This document shows, in pieces, positions 61,712-64,000 of a DNA stretch of 64,000 bases. The stretch lies in the IMG/VR virus record IMGVR_UViG_3300030376_004823, positions 3,917 through 67,916 of that record; one strand, given 5' to 3'. The DNA is from a virus. Lineage: Duplodnaviria; Caudoviricetes. The position numbers were made by a program, and so were the translations under genes. How positions within the stretch are numbered: position 1 is the first letter of the stretch; the number at the start of each line of letters is the position of its first letter. The notes below the pieces were generated by a model that saw only the letters and a list, made by a program, of their open reading frames with translations, had not been told where the DNA came from and made no database searches.

Positions 61712-63778
61712 TTATCCTATAACGAAAACCGTAGCTTGGTGGCCGTTGGCCGCTCCTTGGATTTTAAGCTCTATGCTATTATCGTCAACAACCTTGTACT
61801 TCGTGTGTATGGCGGAGTTTTCAGGAACTCCAGTCCACTGAGATCCAGCCAAGGCAATGACATAAACCTCGCTAGTGTTCAATCCGTGGTACACCTTGAT
61901 GTCTCCAGCGGAGACCATTGCGTTCGTGTACGTGACAGCGTTCTTAGACACCCTCCCAAACTTTCTAGTATACCCCTGTCCCGTAGCGTCCGTCACGTAG
62001 TCTCCAGCACCCGCAGCAACGGCGTAGGGCTCCAGAAGTCCATACGGAGTAGCGGTTTGAGTTAGGTTGTTGTCATCGCCGTCAGTAAGTACCGTTCCAT
62101 CAGCTTGCTCGTGATACCTTTGAGCACTAGCAACCTTAGCTACATCGAGGTCAGTAAGTATGAGACCTTTGTTTGCCGTGACTGTATCCGCATCGGAACC
62201 AGATCCGCCAGGATTATTATCGTCGCCGTAGTCAACGGTATAGTCGTTGGCAAGGTACCATTTTCCGTATCCATCTCCAGCTACGTACTCATACTGAATG
62301 AATGGCCTAGCGTAAAGAGAGGCGTTTTGATCAGCCGTTCCGTATCCGTGCCAAGCTTCTATTTTAGCGACTCCAGAACCGTGCGAACCCGCCACACTTG
62401 GAGTTCCGTCTGTTTCTCTGGGGAACCTCAGGGTAATCGAAGAGTCCTCAACGGTGATGTCTTCAACCGTATTTGTCGTAAGCGTACCTTGAACATCAAG
62501 GTCACCCTTAATGGTGGTATTACCTTGTACCAAAAGGACATCAGTCAATGCTCCCTGATACTGAGCGTCCGTAAGTGCTGAAGGACCTATCGTGACCGTA
62601 TCGGTCCATGCTGCCGTACCCGATGTATTCGGGGCGAGGTGAAGCGTACCTTCGAGGTCAATCTGTACATTCGCACCACCCGAACCTACAATATTAACGT
62701 TGCTGTCGTTATTGGTTACGTTTACGACACCAGTGTCAGCAGAAAAAGCAGACGCATCTAAGGTCTTTGTAACCAGCGTTCCGTCAGACTTCCTGATGAG
62801 AGTCGCCAAACCATCTCCAGCTGCGTGAGCTGCTGGGGCTGTGGCTCCTGAACCCGCTCCAAAAACAAATGAAGTTGCGTCAAGAACGTTCACCGCCGCA
62901 GACGCCGTCATGGCTCCTGCTGCGGTAAGGGTCTGAACGGAAGTAGCCCCGTCTACAGTAAGGTCTCCGTTTCCATCGCCGCTATCGTCTACAACAACCT
63001 CCCCGACAGTAAGTGTAGAGGCTGCGTTTATCGTGGCTTTTATCCTATGCTGGTTGTCAGCATCAACACTCGCATCAAACTCTATGTTTGTTCCGTCTTG
63101 GAAGACGTCCAGTATATCAGCATTCGTAGGGAAGGTGATAGAAAGGGTATCGTTAGCAAAAGAGGCAGCACCTATAACGTGTTGTTCTGGACCATTTGTA
63201 AGATCCCCGTCAGTGTTCGTGCTTACACCAAAGTTTTCAAGACCCGTAGAAGCCCCCCCTACAGTTTCTGACAAGCTCTCCCAGAACGTCGGGACTGCAG
63301 TAGCCGTGTTTGCAGACTCACCCTCTGTAACGGTAAACTGACTTACGCTGCCTCCAAGTACGTTGTTGTTTCCGTCAAGTTGAGCCGCGTCGTACTTATA
63401 TACAAAGAACCCTCTCTGAGCGTTGGTTGGAGCACCTCCTGCAACTTCAAAATATCTATCTGTACCATCTACATCAATGGTTATGGTGCTGGCACTAGAG
63501 GAAAGCGTCTCAACAAGAGGTCTGGTGTCTTCAATGTATAGGAACGTTCCCCAGGGTTTATACTTTCCGAGGATAGATCCGTCGGTTGTGTACGTCGTAA
63601 AGTCGTCTAAGTTCCACCCAGGCCCAGGGAGTCCAAAGGTTTGGTGCGCCCCGTTGAAACCGTGTATGGCCCTGAAGTCAGATATGTAGTTTTTAATAGA
63701 ACCATATATCTGTTCTGAATCGACAATGCCTAGGTTGGCATTACCATGTACCTGTATGTCTGACCTAAACTGTGCCAT
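61712..63778 (-). CDS. Tail fibre / structural protein
   Basis: 688 aa, G/A/T/D-rich; C-terminal HGLNT...DDNSIEL. Confidence 0.6.
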   Translation of the reverse strand: MAQFRSDIQVHGNANLGIVDSEQIYGSIKNYISDFRAIHGFNGAHQTFGLPGPGWNLDDFTTYTTDGSILGKYKPWGTFLYIEDTRPLVETLSSSASTITIDVDGTDRYFEVAGGAPTNAQRGFFVYKYDAAQLDGNNNVLGGSVSQFTVTEGESANTATAVPTFWESLSETVGGASTGLENFGVSTNTDGDLTNGPEQHVIGAASFANDTLSITFPTNADILDVFQDGTNIEFDASVDADNQHRIKATINAASTLTVGEVVVDDSGDGNGDLTVDGATSVQTLTAAGAMTASAAVNVLDATSFVFGAGSGATAPAAHAAGDGLATLIRKSDGTLVTKTLDASAFSADTGVVNVTNNDSNVNIVGSGGANVQIDLEGTLHLAPNTSGTAAWTDTVTIGPSALTDAQYQGALTDVLLVQGNTTIKGDLDVQGTLTTNTVEDITVEDSSITLRFPRETDGTPSVAGSHGSGVAKIEAWHGYGTADQNASLYARPFIQYEYVAGDGYGKWYLANDYTVDYGDDNNPGGSGSDADTVTANKGLILTDLDVAKVASAQRYHEQADGTVLTDGDDNNLTQTATPYGLLEPYAVAAGAGDYVTDATGQGYTRKFGRVSKNAVTYTNAMVSAGDIKVYHGLNTSEVYVIALAGSQWTGVPENSAIHTKYKVVDDNSIELKIQGAANGHQATVFVIG

Positions 63779-63781
63779 TTT

Positions 63782-64000
63782 TTATGATATCGTGTAGAAG
63801 TTTCCTGCAAACGACTCTGGTGCTGCGTTTGCAAAAATGTAGTACTCGTGTGTTGCCCCGTAAGCATTCGTCACTTCGGCTGTAGTGAACTTAGCGTCAC
63901 CACTACTGTCAGTAAAGAGAGCCGTTATGTCTTCTGCTCCACCCTCCTTTATGACAGGTATTTGTATCTCTTGAAGATCGGACCCTTGTCTTCTCGGAAT
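63782..64000 (-). CDS. C-terminal part of a tail-cluster protein (5'-truncated by the window edge)
   Basis: Open frame IPRRQGSDLQ...YIFANAAPESFAGNFYTIS* from the edge to TAA 63782. Confidence 0.6.
   Translation of the reverse strand: MPRRQGSDLQEIQIPVIKEGGAEDITALFTDSSGDAKFTTAEVTNAYGATHEYYIFANAAPESFAGNFYTIS

Noticed and set aside
1-64000. Stop-codon reassignment as in some gut crAss-like phages
   Set aside because: All large genes (up to 9.5 kb) are uninterrupted in the standard code, and neither tRNA is a suppressor.
1-64000. Prophage, CRISPR array, DGR or retron
   Set aside because: No integrase, host genes, repeat-spacer array or reverse-transcriptase motif seen. The GCxD and DTTPQLGG repeats are protein-level.

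Overview
The whole window is phage DNA: no host housekeeping genes, integrase or CRISPR array are visible. It looks like a large part of a lytic podovirus-type Bacteroidota phage with crAss-like (Crassvirales-related) head and tail architecture. The host assignment rests on Bacteroidota sigma-A promoters (TTTG-N20/21-TAnnTTTG) and on two genes carrying T9SS sorting domains. There are two divergent transcription blocks. The + strand (about 11.2-26.9 kb) has a GC-rich early region of small genes, including a SAM-lyase-like protein, tRNA-Arg(UCU) and four candidate structured ncRNAs, two of them tRNA mimics. A replication module follows: DnaA-like HTH, Rad52/Sak annealase, PD-(D/E)XK exonuclease, SSB, AEP primase-helicase, endonuclease I-like protein and class II RNR, with no recognisable DNA polymerase. 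The - strand carries the late genes: tail fibres, scaffold, major capsid, ring and tail-stabilisation proteins, three ejection proteins (one a 3163-aa multidomain protein), holin, M15 endolysin, GroES-like protein, tRNA-Ile(UAU), terminase and portal. The portal runs off the left edge and is missing from the ORF track. The most striking observation is a phage-encoded set of host-envelope proteins: a T9SS type-A cargo, a beta-barrel, an exported redox-dead thioredoxin and a membrane coiled coil co-transcribed with the holin, plus a separate T9SS type-B cargo with a stalk dense in O-glycosylation sequons. All family calls are by-eye motif recognition; no searches were run.
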